Below are positions 38,517 through 48,041 of a DNA stretch of 64,000 bases, piece after piece (position 1 is the first letter of the stretch; the number at the start of each line of letters is the position of its first letter). The DNA comes from Candidatus Cloacimonadota bacterium (lineage in GTDB: Bacteria; Cloacimonadota; Cloacimonadia; JGIOTU-2), in NCBI GenBank assembly GCA_049903315.1, contig JBNGBT010000010.1, positions 1 to 64,000 on the forward strand, read 5' to 3'. The notes beneath the pieces are model-generated. The model did no database searches. It saw nothing but the letters and a program-made list of their open reading frames with translations, and was not told where the DNA came from. Both the position numbers and the translations under genes were made by a program.

Positions 38517-40773
38517 GATACTCCTCACGGGTATTGTGCAGGGAGTAGGATTTCGTCCTTTTGTAAAAAGAACTGCACTTGATCATGGCATCACAGGCTA
38601 TGTTGAAAATAGAGAATTCGGGGTAAAAATAATTGCAGCGGCATCAAAAAAGTTCATTGAGGATTTTTTAAAAGATATCCTCGATAATGCCCCGGCAGTC
38701 TCGACAATTCTTACTCATTCAATAAAATATTTTGATCAAGAACTGCCTGAATATAGTTCATTTGAAATTGCACCCAGCAAGAAAAAGGGGGAGATATCAG
38801 CACTAATTCCTCCTGATATTGCCACATGTGAAAAATGTGCACAAGAAATTTTCAATAAAGATGACAGGCATTTTTCATATCCATTTACTAATTGCACAAA
38901 CTGCGGTCCGAGATTTTCAATAATACAATCTATTCCGTATGATAGAAAAAACACGACAATGAGAAAGTTCATTATGTGCGATGACTGCAATCGGGAATAT
39001 ACAACAGTTTCAGATAGAAGATATCATGCTCAGCCGAATGCCTGCCCTAAATGCGGTCCGGAATTATGCTTTATTGAAATTGTGGACGAATGCCCAATTG
39101 TAACCGAGAAAAGAGAAAAGGCATTTGAGAGGACCATATCACTTCTGCAAAAGGGAGAGATTGTAGCAATAAAAGGGATCGGGGGCTACCATCTCGTGTG
39201 CAATGCTTTGAAAAAGGATGTTGTGGAAAAACTCAGGATGTTGAAGTTTAGACCGAATAAACCTTTTGCATTGATGGCGCGGGATATTGAAACCATAGAA
39301 GAATATTGCATAGCAAATGAAGTTGAGAAGAGCATGTTGGAAGGGCAGCAAAAACCAATTGTCCTGCTAAGCAAAAAAAATGATACTCTGGAGCATGTAG
39401 CTCCCGGGGTGAAAGATCTCGGTTTTATGCTTCCGTACACACCGTTGCATTATCTGCTTTTCAGACATTTTCGTTTGCTTGTATTTACCAGCGGCAATAT
39501 CTCTGAAGAAGCCCTCGAAAATAACGACGATTCCGCATATCAAAATCTTGCAAATATAACCCGGTATTATCTTTCTTATAACAGAGAAATCTTTAATCGC
39601 ATCGATGATTCAATCGTGACATATGCAGGGGATCAAAGAATCTTGATAAGGAAGGCGCGAGGATTTGTACCGAAACCTATAAACATTGCACGAGGAAAAG
39701 GTAAACAGCAGATCTTTGCTTCAGGTGCAGATATGAAGGGTTCATTCGGACTCACTAAAGAAAATATTTTTCTCGGCAGTCAATATCTCGGCGATCTCGC
39801 ATTTGAGTCAAATACCAAATTTTACAAGGAATCCCTTGAGTACTTTCAATCAATATTCGAAATGAAACCACAGATTGTCATCGCGGATTCCCATCCAAAT
39901 TACTTCTCGACACAGTTTGCACGAGAGTTTGCAGAAGAGAACGAGCTACCTATTCACTATGTACAACATCATAACGCCCATATCTACAGTGTAATGGCGG
40001 AAAACGATCTTGAAAATGTATTAGGAGTTTCATTTGACGGAACCGGCTTTGGAGATGATGGAAATGTCTGGGGTGGAGAATTTTTTATTATTAACAAAAC
40101 TGAGTCCGAGAGGTTTGCTCATTTGAATTATGTGCCCATGGTTTCCGGAGAACGTGCAGCGAAAGAGCCATGGAGAATGGCATTGATTTATTTATATAAA
40201 TATTATCCTGAAGCAGTTGAAGGTATTATTACTGAAAAGAAATTTCCACAGAAGGATATGATCTTTCTCCAGCTCCTCAATGATTCTGTGCGACTTCAGA
40301 CCTCAAGTATGGGAAGATTCTTTGATGCGGTTGCAAGTCTTATCGATGTATGCCATTTCAATTCCTATGAAGGCGAAGCTCCTATGAAATTGGAAGCTCT
40401 TGCAGATGAAAACTTTTCGGGATATTATCATTTTGATTTTAATAAGCAGCAGTCACTCATCGAGGTTGATATGATAATTAAAGGAATTGTGAATGATATT
40501 CAAGAGCAAAGATCGAAAGTATTCATATCATCCAAATTTCACTTTACAATTGCGAAGATGGTTTTCGATTTGTGTAAAAAAATGAAGAATGAATCCAGCA
40601 TAGATGCAGTAGCGCTTTCTGGTGGAGTGTTTCAGAATGTCGTGCTTGTTAATATGATAAAAAGAGTATTTTCCGGCAGCGAACTGAAGTTGTTTTGGAA
40701 TGAAAAAGTACCACCTAATGATGCAGGAATTGCACTTGGCCAGGTTTATTCATATCTCTTGAGAAGCAGGTAA
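38503..40773 (+). CDS. hypF: Carbamoyltransferase HypF
   Basis: GIVQGVGFRPFV, NCTNCGPRFSI, HAQPNACPKCGP, QHHNAH, DGTGFG and PPNDAGIALGQ motifs. Confidence 0.97.
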   Translation: MQQAEILLTGIVQGVGFRPFVKRTALDHGITGYVENREFGVKIIAAASKKFIEDFLKDILDNAPAVSTILTHSIKYFDQELPEYSSFEIAPSKKKGEISALIPPDIATCEKCAQEIFNKDDRHFSYPFTNCTNCGPRFSIIQSIPYDRKNTTMRKFIMCDDCNREYTTVSDRRYHAQPNACPKCGPELCFIEIVDECPIVTEKREKAFERTISLLQKGEIVAIKGIGGYHLVCNALKKDVVEKLRMLKFRPNKPFALMARDIETIEEYCIANEVEKSMLEGQQKPIVLLSKKNDTLEHVAPGVKDLGFMLPYTPLHYLLFRHFRLLVFTSGNISEEALENNDDSAYQNLANITRYYLSYNREIFNRIDDSIVTYAGDQRILIRKARGFVPKPINIARGKGKQQIFASGADMKGSFGLTKENIFLGSQYLGDLAFESNTKFYKESLEYFQSIFEMKPQIVIADSHPNYFSTQFAREFAEENELPIHYVQHHNAHIYSVMAENDLENVLGVSFDGTGFGDDGNVWGGEFFIINKTESERFAHLNYVPMVSGERAAKEPWRMALIYLYKYYPEAVEGIITEKKFPQKDMIFLQLLNDSVRLQTSSMGRFFDAVASLIDVCHFNSYEGEAPMKLEALADENFSGYYHFDFNKQQSLIEVDMIIKGIVNDIQEQRSKVFISSKFHFTIAKMVFDLCKKMKNESSIDAVALSGGVFQNVVLVNMIKRVFSGSELKLFWNEKVPPNDAGIALGQVYSYLLRSR

Positions 40774-40775
40774 TA

Positions 40776-40997
40776 ATGTGTTTGGCAGTACCTTATAGAA
40801 TTATTTCAAAAGACGGCAATAAAGCCATTGCAGATGTCTTCGGCATGAAAAAAGAGATAGACATCCGCATTATAGAGAATGTCGAAGTCGATGAATATGT
40901 ACTTGTTCATGCAGGCTTTGCCATTCAAAGAGTAAGTCCCGAGGATGCAAAGGAAACTCTTGAGCTACTCACCGAACTCTGCGAAGCCGAAGAGTAA
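40776..40997 (+). CDS. hypC: Hydrogenase assembly chaperone HypC
   Basis: MCLAVP and YVLVHAGFAI motifs. Confidence 0.97.
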   Translation: MCLAVPYRIISKDGNKAIADVFGMKKEIDIRIIENVEVDEYVLVHAGFAIQRVSPEDAKETLELLTELCEAEE

Positions 40998-41000
40998 ACC

Positions 41001-42089
41001 ATGACCGATAAATTCAGAAATAATCCTGAACTAAAACCGCTTCTAGAAAAAATTAAGCATGAGGTAGCTGCACTCGACCGAAAAGTACTTCCTCTGAAAT
41101 TTATGGAAGTGTGCGGCACTCATACAGTTTCAATACTCAAATTTGGATTCAGGCATTATTTCAAAGATTCAATAAAATTTCTCTCAGGACCCGGATGTCC
41201 TGTGTGTGTTACTTCAATCCGGGATATTGATAAGATCATATTTTTGGCTCAACAGGGACATCATATAGTCACTTTTGGAGATCTGATAAAAGTGCCCGGA
41301 AGCACATCAAGTTTGGAAAAGGAGATCGCAAAAGGTGCGCTCGTAAGTGTCGTATATAGTCCGTTGGATGCCCTGAATATCGCAAAGACTACCTCTAAAG
41401 AAGTGATATTTATCGCAGTCGGGTTTGAAACGACAATTCCCGCGATTGCGAGTTTGGTTCTGGATGCCTATGCACAACAGATACACAATATCACAATTCT
41501 TTGTCTGGTAAAAACGATGCCGAATGTCCTACAATTTCTTCTTTCCCAGCTAGAAGGTGAAATTGATGGATTCATTATGCCAGGGCATGTGAGTGTAATA
41601 ATTGGCTCTGAACCATATGAATTTATACCAAGTAAATATCATATTCCCTGCACAGTAGCTGGTTTCGAGCCCGTAGATATGGGATTGGGAATTGAATCGT
41701 TGGTATCTCAAATTAAAAACAATAATCCGTTTGTCGATAATAGATATAAGAGAATGGTAAGATCCGAGGGAAACAGAGCGGCACAAGAGCTGATCTCAGC
41801 AGTATTTGACGAGTGTGATGTATCGTGGCGCGGATTTGGCTTGATCCCCAAGAGTGGATTATGCCTGAAAGAGGATTATGCAAAATTTGATGCAGAGAAA
41901 AAATATAATATAGAAGTAAAGGATGAAGTTGTACAAACCGCTTGTATCTGCGGAGATATCATTGCAGGAAGAAAAACCCCTCTTGAGTGTACCCTGTTCA
42001 GGAAAAATTGTACTCCGGAAAATCCGGTTGGACCATGTATGGTTTCCTTCGAAGGCGCATGCGCCGCATATTATAAATATGGAGAATGA
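41001..42089 (+). CDS. hypD: Hydrogenase formation protein HypD
   Basis: CGTH, GPGCPVC, GFETT, PGHVS and GPCMVSFEGACAAYY motifs. Confidence 0.97.
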   Translation: MTDKFRNNPELKPLLEKIKHEVAALDRKVLPLKFMEVCGTHTVSILKFGFRHYFKDSIKFLSGPGCPVCVTSIRDIDKIIFLAQQGHHIVTFGDLIKVPGSTSSLEKEIAKGALVSVVYSPLDALNIAKTTSKEVIFIAVGFETTIPAIASLVLDAYAQQIHNITILCLVKTMPNVLQFLLSQLEGEIDGFIMPGHVSVIIGSEPYEFIPSKYHIPCTVAGFEPVDMGLGIESLVSQIKNNNPFVDNRYKRMVRSEGNRAAQELISAVFDECDVSWRGFGLIPKSGLCLKEDYAKFDAEKKYNIEVKDEVVQTACICGDIIAGRKTPLECTLFRKNCTPENPVGPCMVSFEGACAAYYKYGE

Positions 42090-43093
42090 TGAACAAAGAT
42101 ACTACTATTCTTCTCTCTCATGGGAGCGGCGGTAAACAGAGCCAGAAACTTATAGAACTGATATATGAAATACTCAGTGATGTCGTTATCAATCATGGTG
42201 AAGATAGCGGACTTTTAGAAACCACTGAAGGCAAGGCAGCAATCACAACTGACAGCTATACAATTGATCCCATTTTCTTTCCCGGCGGCAATATCGGGAA
42301 ACTGGCTATATGCGGAACTACCAATGACCTTGCAATGGTTGGTGCGATCCCTAAATATGTTACTTTATCGTTGATTATCGAAGAAGGATTCAGCTTTGAC
42401 GATCTGAAAAAGATACTGATTTCGATAAGAGACGAAACCAGAAAAGATCAGATATCTATCATTGCAGGAGACACCAAAATCGTAAGTAAAGGCAAGATTG
42501 ATAAAATATTTATTAATACTGCAGGATATGGAATTTTAAAGACCGAAGCTATCTCATCAAAGAATGCAAAACCGCAGGATACTGTAATCATTACAGGAGA
42601 TATTGGCGATCACGGTGCGTCGATCATGGCATACAGAAATGGATTTGAGTCTTCTTTGAAATCAGATTGCGCAAATGTTGCCCCGCTTATAAAAAAACTT
42701 CTAAATCGCGGAATTGTCATTCATGCATTAAGAGATCCAACACGTGGCGGACTTGCATCAATCCTGAATGAAATCGCAAGTTCATCACAGGTGGATATCG
42801 AACTCGAAGAAGAGAAACTGCCAATCAAAAAAAGCGTGTCCGGCGTGTGTGATGCACTGGGTATTGATCCTCTATATATGGCATGCGAAGGCAGAGCGAT
42901 AATAATCTCACCGGGAGATCAAGCTGAAGAAATATTGAAAATATTACACGACGAATCCTTGGGGAAAAATGCGCAAATAATCGGTCGAGTTTTAGAAAAA
43001 TCTGATGAACCTAAGTTATTTTTGAAAACATTCATCGGGGCAAAAAGGATATTACCCCTTCTCTCACGAGAACAAACACCTCGAATCTGCTAA
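42086..43093 (+). CDS. hypE: Hydrogenase expression/formation protein HypE
   Basis: HGSGG, TTDSY, GGNIGKLAICGTTNDL, RDPTRGG and C-terminal PRIC. Confidence 0.97.
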   Translation: MMNKDTTILLSHGSGGKQSQKLIELIYEILSDVVINHGEDSGLLETTEGKAAITTDSYTIDPIFFPGGNIGKLAICGTTNDLAMVGAIPKYVTLSLIIEEGFSFDDLKKILISIRDETRKDQISIIAGDTKIVSKGKIDKIFINTAGYGILKTEAISSKNAKPQDTVIITGDIGDHGASIMAYRNGFESSLKSDCANVAPLIKKLLNRGIVIHALRDPTRGGLASILNEIASSSQVDIELEEEKLPIKKSVSGVCDALGIDPLYMACEGRAIIISPGDQAEEILKILHDESLGKNAQIIGRVLEKSDEPKLFLKTFIGAKRILPLLSREQTPRIC

Positions 43094-43105
43094 CAGGAAT
43101 ACACC

Positions 43106-44266
43106 ATGCCGGACCAATTTGAGACAACTCTCCACAAAATTTATAAGACCCTCTTGCTGATCTTCCTTATCTATCTTTTCTTTCTGAGTATCGTTATGAT
43201 GGGAGCTGGTTTTAAAGGTTTTCATGGCTTGTCTGAAAGTCTTATTAAAAGTGTGAGCAATCCGATAATGGGATTACTCATAGGAATTTTAGCCACCAGC
43301 ATTGTGCAGAGTTCTTCCACTACCACTTCTATCGTTGTAGGACTCGTTGCCAGTAATATTCTTGGGGCAGACTCCATCCGTATTGCGATCCCGATCATAA
43401 TGGGAGCCAATATAGGAACGACAATTACAAATACACTTGTATCTCTGGGACATATTTCAAGAACAGACGAGTTCAAGAGAGCCTATAGTTGCGCTATTGT
43501 GCATGATATATTCAATATTTTGGCAGTAATAATTCTGCTGCCATTAGAAATATATTTCGGAGTAATAGAAAAAATTTCTCTTAAACTAGGTTCATTTATC
43601 CTGCATGCAAATATTCAAGGTGCGGAGTTCAAAAGTCCCCTTGGATTAATAACAAAACCCATTGTCGGATTTCTGTATAATTCAAAATTTCCCAGTGCTT
43701 CGCCAGGACTGTTGCAAAAGATATTTCCCCCAACAATTGCCCAGATATTGATCCTTGTATTAGCCCTGGTATTCTTATTTATTGCGTTGAGATTTATGGT
43801 AAAAGTAATACGCGAGCTGGTTATAGGAAAGGTGGAACAGTTCTTTTCTGACTACATATTCCGGAATGCTGTTCTTGCACTGCTTCTTGGTCTTATTCTC
43901 ACTGCAATCGTTCAAAGCAGCTCGATCACGACGTCAATTATGATCCCGCTGGCAGGTGCAGGGATAGTGAATATCTACCAAGTTTTCCCATATACTGTAG
44001 GTGCCAATATAGGAACGACTGTGACTACTTTATTGGCAGCCATGGCAACGTGTTCACCTGCGGCACTTGTTGTCGCGATATCTCATTTCACGTTCAATGT
44101 GCTTGGAATGATTATCATACTTCCTTTCAAACCCGTGAGAATGATCCCAATCAAAATCGCATTAGCAGCTTCAAATATGACAATGAAAAGCAAATTATAT
44201 CCAATATTATTTATCGCTTTGATATTTTTTATCATACCGGTACTTTTACTGGTCATTATGAAATAA
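43106..44266 (+). CDS. Na+/phosphate cotransporter (NptA/SLC34-like)
   Basis: Two inverted repeats each with VQSSS and GANIGTT. Confidence 0.93.
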   Translation: MPDQFETTLHKIYKTLLLIFLIYLFFLSIVMMGAGFKGFHGLSESLIKSVSNPIMGLLIGILATSIVQSSSTTTSIVVGLVASNILGADSIRIAIPIIMGANIGTTITNTLVSLGHISRTDEFKRAYSCAIVHDIFNILAVIILLPLEIYFGVIEKISLKLGSFILHANIQGAEFKSPLGLITKPIVGFLYNSKFPSASPGLLQKIFPPTIAQILILVLALVFLFIALRFMVKVIRELVIGKVEQFFSDYIFRNAVLALLLGLILTAIVQSSSITTSIMIPLAGAGIVNIYQVFPYTVGANIGTTVTTLLAAMATCSPAALVVAISHFTFNVLGMIIILPFKPVRMIPIKIALAASNMTMKSKLYPILFIALIFFIIPVLLLVIMK

Positions 44267-44295
44267 TTAGTTAATACCCGAATTCGAGGTAAAAA

Positions 44296-44991
44296 ATGAT
44301 TAAAGAATTAATTGCACTATTCAAAAAAAGTAATCTCTATAAAGAGGCACACGAAGATGCCTGTGGCATGCTTAACCGGGCTAATAATATGTTCGATAAT
44401 GCAAGTGCTAAATTGCGCGGAAGAGAAATTCCACATCCTGATGTTGATATTTTCTATGAGGAAAGAAAAGTAGATAAAGCGGAACGCGCCGTACGCAAGA
44501 AAGTGTTAATACACCTCTCGGCTTCCGGCACAATGGATACACCCGGAGCAATAACTCTTATCGGCATAGTTATAGATATTGAGAGAGTGGGTGACTATAC
44601 TACCAATATACTCGAACTTGCAAGAGTAGCGAAAATACAATTGCATGCAGGTATTCTTGAAAATGAACTCACAGAGATTGAATGCGAAATAGAACGTCTT
44701 TTTGATGTCGTGAGCCAGGCATTTGAAGAATATAATAAAGAAGAAGCCGAATCTGTAATTAATAAAAAACTTACAAGACGGTGCGAAGCATTACTCAATA
44801 GACTCATTACGGAAGACCTTGGAATGAATGTTCAGACAGCAGTAATTGCCGCTTTGTATGTTCGTTATCTAAAGAGGATCGCAGCACATCTTCTAAATAT
44901 TGCCACGTCTCTTGTACAACCATTTGAGAAGGTGCGTTTCATGCCGGAAAATGTTACTCAGAAATATACAAAAAAGTCAGAAAATGAGTAA
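44296..44991 (+). CDS. PhoU-domain protein
   Basis: DIERVGDYTTNI and YLKRIAAHLLNIA helical repeats; follows Na/Pi cotransporter. Confidence 0.85.
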   Translation: MIKELIALFKKSNLYKEAHEDACGMLNRANNMFDNASAKLRGREIPHPDVDIFYEERKVDKAERAVRKKVLIHLSASGTMDTPGAITLIGIVIDIERVGDYTTNILELARVAKIQLHAGILENELTEIECEIERLFDVVSQAFEEYNKEEAESVINKKLTRRCEALLNRLITEDLGMNVQTAVIAALYVRYLKRIAAHLLNIATSLVQPFEKVRFMPENVTQKYTKKSENE

Positions 44992-45673
44992 AAAGATTAT
45001 TAGCATAGTCGATGATGAGCCTGATATAGTTGAACTTATAAAATATCATCTTGAAAAGGAAAAATATCATGCTGATAGCTTTTATGACGGAGAATCTTTT
45101 CTCACACACCTTCATGAAAAGATCCCCGATCTAGTCATATTGGATCTCATGCTTCCTTCCATTGACGGTTTGGAAATTTGCAGAACATTACGTGCAACAG
45201 AAGAATATAAGAACATTCCTATTATCATGCTTACTGCTAAAGGAACAGAGGTCGATAAAATTGTAGGACTTGAAATGGGAGCAGATGATTATATGGTAAA
45301 ACCATTCAGTCCAAGAGAGCTTGTTGCTCGCGTGAAGGCTTTACTCAGAAGAAGCAGACAAAAGAGTATAGAAGAGATATCAAAAATCATCGAATATAAG
45401 GATATGGTTCTGGATCTCGACAAATATGAAACTCGAATAAGAGGAAACCAGATAGATTTGACCACGACAGAATTCAATATACTCACAATTCTTACCTCAC
45501 ACCCGGGTTGGGTATATTCAAGGAATAAAATTCTCGACCTGCTCTGGGGAGAAGATAAGATCGTGCTCGATAGAACGATCGATGTACATATTCAGAAACT
45601 GAGGAAAAAGCTGGGTGTACTCGGTGATAGAATAAAGTCGATTCGCGGAGTGGGCTACAAATTCGAAGAATAA
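44984..45673 (+). CDS. phoB: PhoB/PhoP-type response regulator (OmpR family)
   Basis: VDDE, DLMLP, LTAK, GADDYMVKPF, RTIDVHIQKLR and RGVGY; start set at ATG 44984. Confidence 0.88.
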   Translation: MSKKIISIVDDEPDIVELIKYHLEKEKYHADSFYDGESFLTHLHEKIPDLVILDLMLPSIDGLEICRTLRATEEYKNIPIIMLTAKGTEVDKIVGLEMGADDYMVKPFSPRELVARVKALLRRSRQKSIEEISKIIEYKDMVLDLDKYETRIRGNQIDLTTTEFNILTILTSHPGWVYSRNKILDLLWGEDKIVLDRTIDVHIQKLRKKLGVLGDRIKSIRGVGYKFEE

Positions 45674-45674
45674 G

Positions 45675-47420
45675 ATGAAAAACTTCTCATTAATGTGGAA
45701 GCAGTTTATCAGATTTTTTGTTATTATTGTACTTACTGCAGGACTGATCGTTCATTTTGCTTCGAGAGAAATAAAAAACAACTACCTTCAGAACCTGGAA
45801 AATACCTTAGAGAATTATGCTCAACTTATTGAAAAATTTATCAGTCCTTTTGTTGTTGAGCAAGATTACACTCAAATCAAAACGACCACTCGTCAGCTTG
45901 GACAAGAAATTGGTGTGCGTTGCACTATAATCACAAGTGATGGCACTGTGCTAGGAGATTCCGAAGAAGACCCACAGCTCATGGGAGATCACAGCAACCG
46001 TCCCGAAATACTAGGTGCGCTGCAGATTGGATTTGGCAAAAGTGTCCGCTATAGTAAAACCCTGCAGAAAGAAATGCTTTATGTCGCTGTTCCGATTGTT
46101 TATAATGATAAAGTCATCGGCGCGGTTCGAACAAGTTCATTCGTTAAAAATATCCACCGCAGTATAAATGCAATTACAAAAGATATTTTAGGAATTACAA
46201 TTATCATAACATTTCTAGGATTAGCATTCTCAATCATTAGCACTCAAGCATATACAAAACCAATTCGTGATATTGCAAATGCAGCTTGCCGCATAAAAGA
46301 TGGTGATTTTAAGACTCGTCTTTATATGATGAGAACGGATGAGCTCGGGATGCTTGCCGAATCTCTTAATGAAATGGCAAGAGAGCTTGAGAAATATTTT
46401 TTATCACTCAACCGGGAACAGGAAGAACTCAAAACAATACTTTCCTCCATGGTTGAAGCACTCGTTGTCCTTAATCCAGATGGAACAATTATTACGACAA
46501 ATAAGAATTTCTCCACAATCTTGGGCACGGATCAAGAGCAGCTGGTCGGGAAACGATACTGGGAATACTTAGGGCAGGACACATTCGAGAGATTGATAAA
46601 AAAAGTGGTCGAGCACAATGACGTTGTATCAAAAGAGATCAGGATAAGAAACAAAATTTATTTGACAAGCGGCTCGATCATACAGGGCATTCCTGAAAAG
46701 CGCATTATCATTGTGATGCATGATATTACCGAACTGAAACATCTTGAAGAGATGAAGTCGGATTTTGTGGCGAATGTTGCCCACGAGCTGAAAACTCCCT
46801 TAACTGCAATAAAAGGCTTTGCAGAAACACTGGAAGATGAAGTGGATTCTGAGCATAAAAGGTTTTTAAAGATCATCAGAGCAAATACAGATCGATTGAT
46901 AAATATTGTCTCAGACCTCCTTGTATTATCAAGTTTAGAAAAGAAACGGGATAATATTTCGATACAGAAATTCGAACTGGATAAGCTTATTGAAAACTCT
47001 ATTTCAATTGAACAGAAAAAATTTGATGAAAAGAATATCACTGTAACCTTTGAATTTGATAATTCCATTAAAAGTTTCCTTGCTGATCCATTTCTCATAG
47101 AACAACTCATGATCAATCTGCTAGATAATGCAATCACTTATACAGAAAAAAAAGGCAAAATTTCGATAGAAATTTCAAGGGAAGGAAATAATATCATAAT
47201 TAAGATCACAGATAACGGATCGGGAATTCCTGCTGAAAATTTACCACGCATATTTGAGCGATTCTACGTTGTCGATAAATCACGTTCACGGCGACTCGGT
47301 GGGACTGGTCTCGGACTTTCGATAGTCAAACATATCGTGCTTGCGCATAATGGTGATATACGTGTTCAAAGCAAGCCCGGACAAGGAACGACATTTATTA
47401 TTACCTTACCTTATAAATAA
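45675..47420 (+). CDS. phoR: PhoR-type sensor histidine kinase (periplasmic sensor, HAMP, PAS, HisKA, HATPase)
   Basis: FVANVAHELKTPLTAIKGFAETL, NLLDNA, DNGSGI and FERFYVVDKSRSRRLGGTGLGLSIVKH motifs. Confidence 0.9.
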   Translation: MKNFSLMWKQFIRFFVIIVLTAGLIVHFASREIKNNYLQNLENTLENYAQLIEKFISPFVVEQDYTQIKTTTRQLGQEIGVRCTIITSDGTVLGDSEEDPQLMGDHSNRPEILGALQIGFGKSVRYSKTLQKEMLYVAVPIVYNDKVIGAVRTSSFVKNIHRSINAITKDILGITIIITFLGLAFSIISTQAYTKPIRDIANAACRIKDGDFKTRLYMMRTDELGMLAESLNEMARELEKYFLSLNREQEELKTILSSMVEALVVLNPDGTIITTNKNFSTILGTDQEQLVGKRYWEYLGQDTFERLIKKVVEHNDVVSKEIRIRNKIYLTSGSIIQGIPEKRIIIVMHDITELKHLEEMKSDFVANVAHELKTPLTAIKGFAETLEDEVDSEHKRFLKIIRANTDRLINIVSDLLVLSSLEKKRDNISIQKFELDKLIENSISIEQKKFDEKNITVTFEFDNSIKSFLADPFLIEQLMINLLDNAITYTEKKGKISIEISREGNNIIIKITDNGSGIPAENLPRIFERFYVVDKSRSRRLGGTGLGLSIVKHIVLAHNGDIRVQSKPGQGTTFIITLPYK

Positions 47421-47423
47421 ACC

Positions 47424-47918
47424 ATGGATAAAAATACTATTGAAAAATACATGCCTCTGGTGAAAAGTATTGCAATAACATATTCACATACTGCTATACC
47501 TTTTGATGACCTTGTTCAGGAGGGGACGATCGGCTTATGGGAAGCATGGAAGAGATTCGATCCTGACAAAGGTGCCAAGTTCAGCACCTATGCTACATAT
47601 TGGATAAAGAAATGCATTCTCGAAGCGGTTAGCAAAGAGCATAAAACCTCGCACGATGCCATTCATTTAGATAATGCAATATCGCATAACAAGAGAGAAG
47701 TATCTGAAGATATAGAACATGAAGAGACTGTAGTCTTTCCAGAATCCTTTCCGGAAATGGAAAAGAGAGTTTTAAATCTACTTTATGGTTTAGATGGAAA
47801 AGGATCATATGATCTGGGAGAAATAGGAGTAAAGCTGGATCTGCCAAGAGAGCGAGTGAGACAGATGAAAGAAAAGGGATTACGCCGTTTGAGAAAGCTG
47901 GGAATTAGTTTGCAATAA
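47424..47918 (+). CDS. Short sigma70-family factor (regions 2 and 4 only)
   Basis: Region 2 DDLVQEGTIGLWEAWKRFDPDKGAKFSTYATYWIK; region 4.2 DLGEIGVKLDLPRERVRQMKEKGLRRLR. Confidence 0.88.
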   Translation: MDKNTIEKYMPLVKSIAITYSHTAIPFDDLVQEGTIGLWEAWKRFDPDKGAKFSTYATYWIKKCILEAVSKEHKTSHDAIHLDNAISHNKREVSEDIEHEETVVFPESFPEMEKRVLNLLYGLDGKGSYDLGEIGVKLDLPRERVRQMKEKGLRRLRKLGISLQ

Positions 47919-47942
47919 TCTAGAACCAACCCTCAAAATATC

Positions 47943-47981
47943 TTAACACAGAATTAACACAATAATTATAAATTATTAATC
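47943..47981 (+). promoter_or_regulatory. Candidate Pho box array upstream of porin-pstSCAB-phoU
   Basis: TTAACACA at 47943 and 47954 (11-bp period), weaker copies near 47965 and 47976; resembles the TT(A/T)ACA repeat bound by Bacillus PhoP. Confidence 0.7.
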
Positions 47982-48041
47982 CTCCAATCGTAAAATTTAA
48001 TAAAAAACCCAAAGGGTAATGAAGAAACGAAAGGAGTTAAT

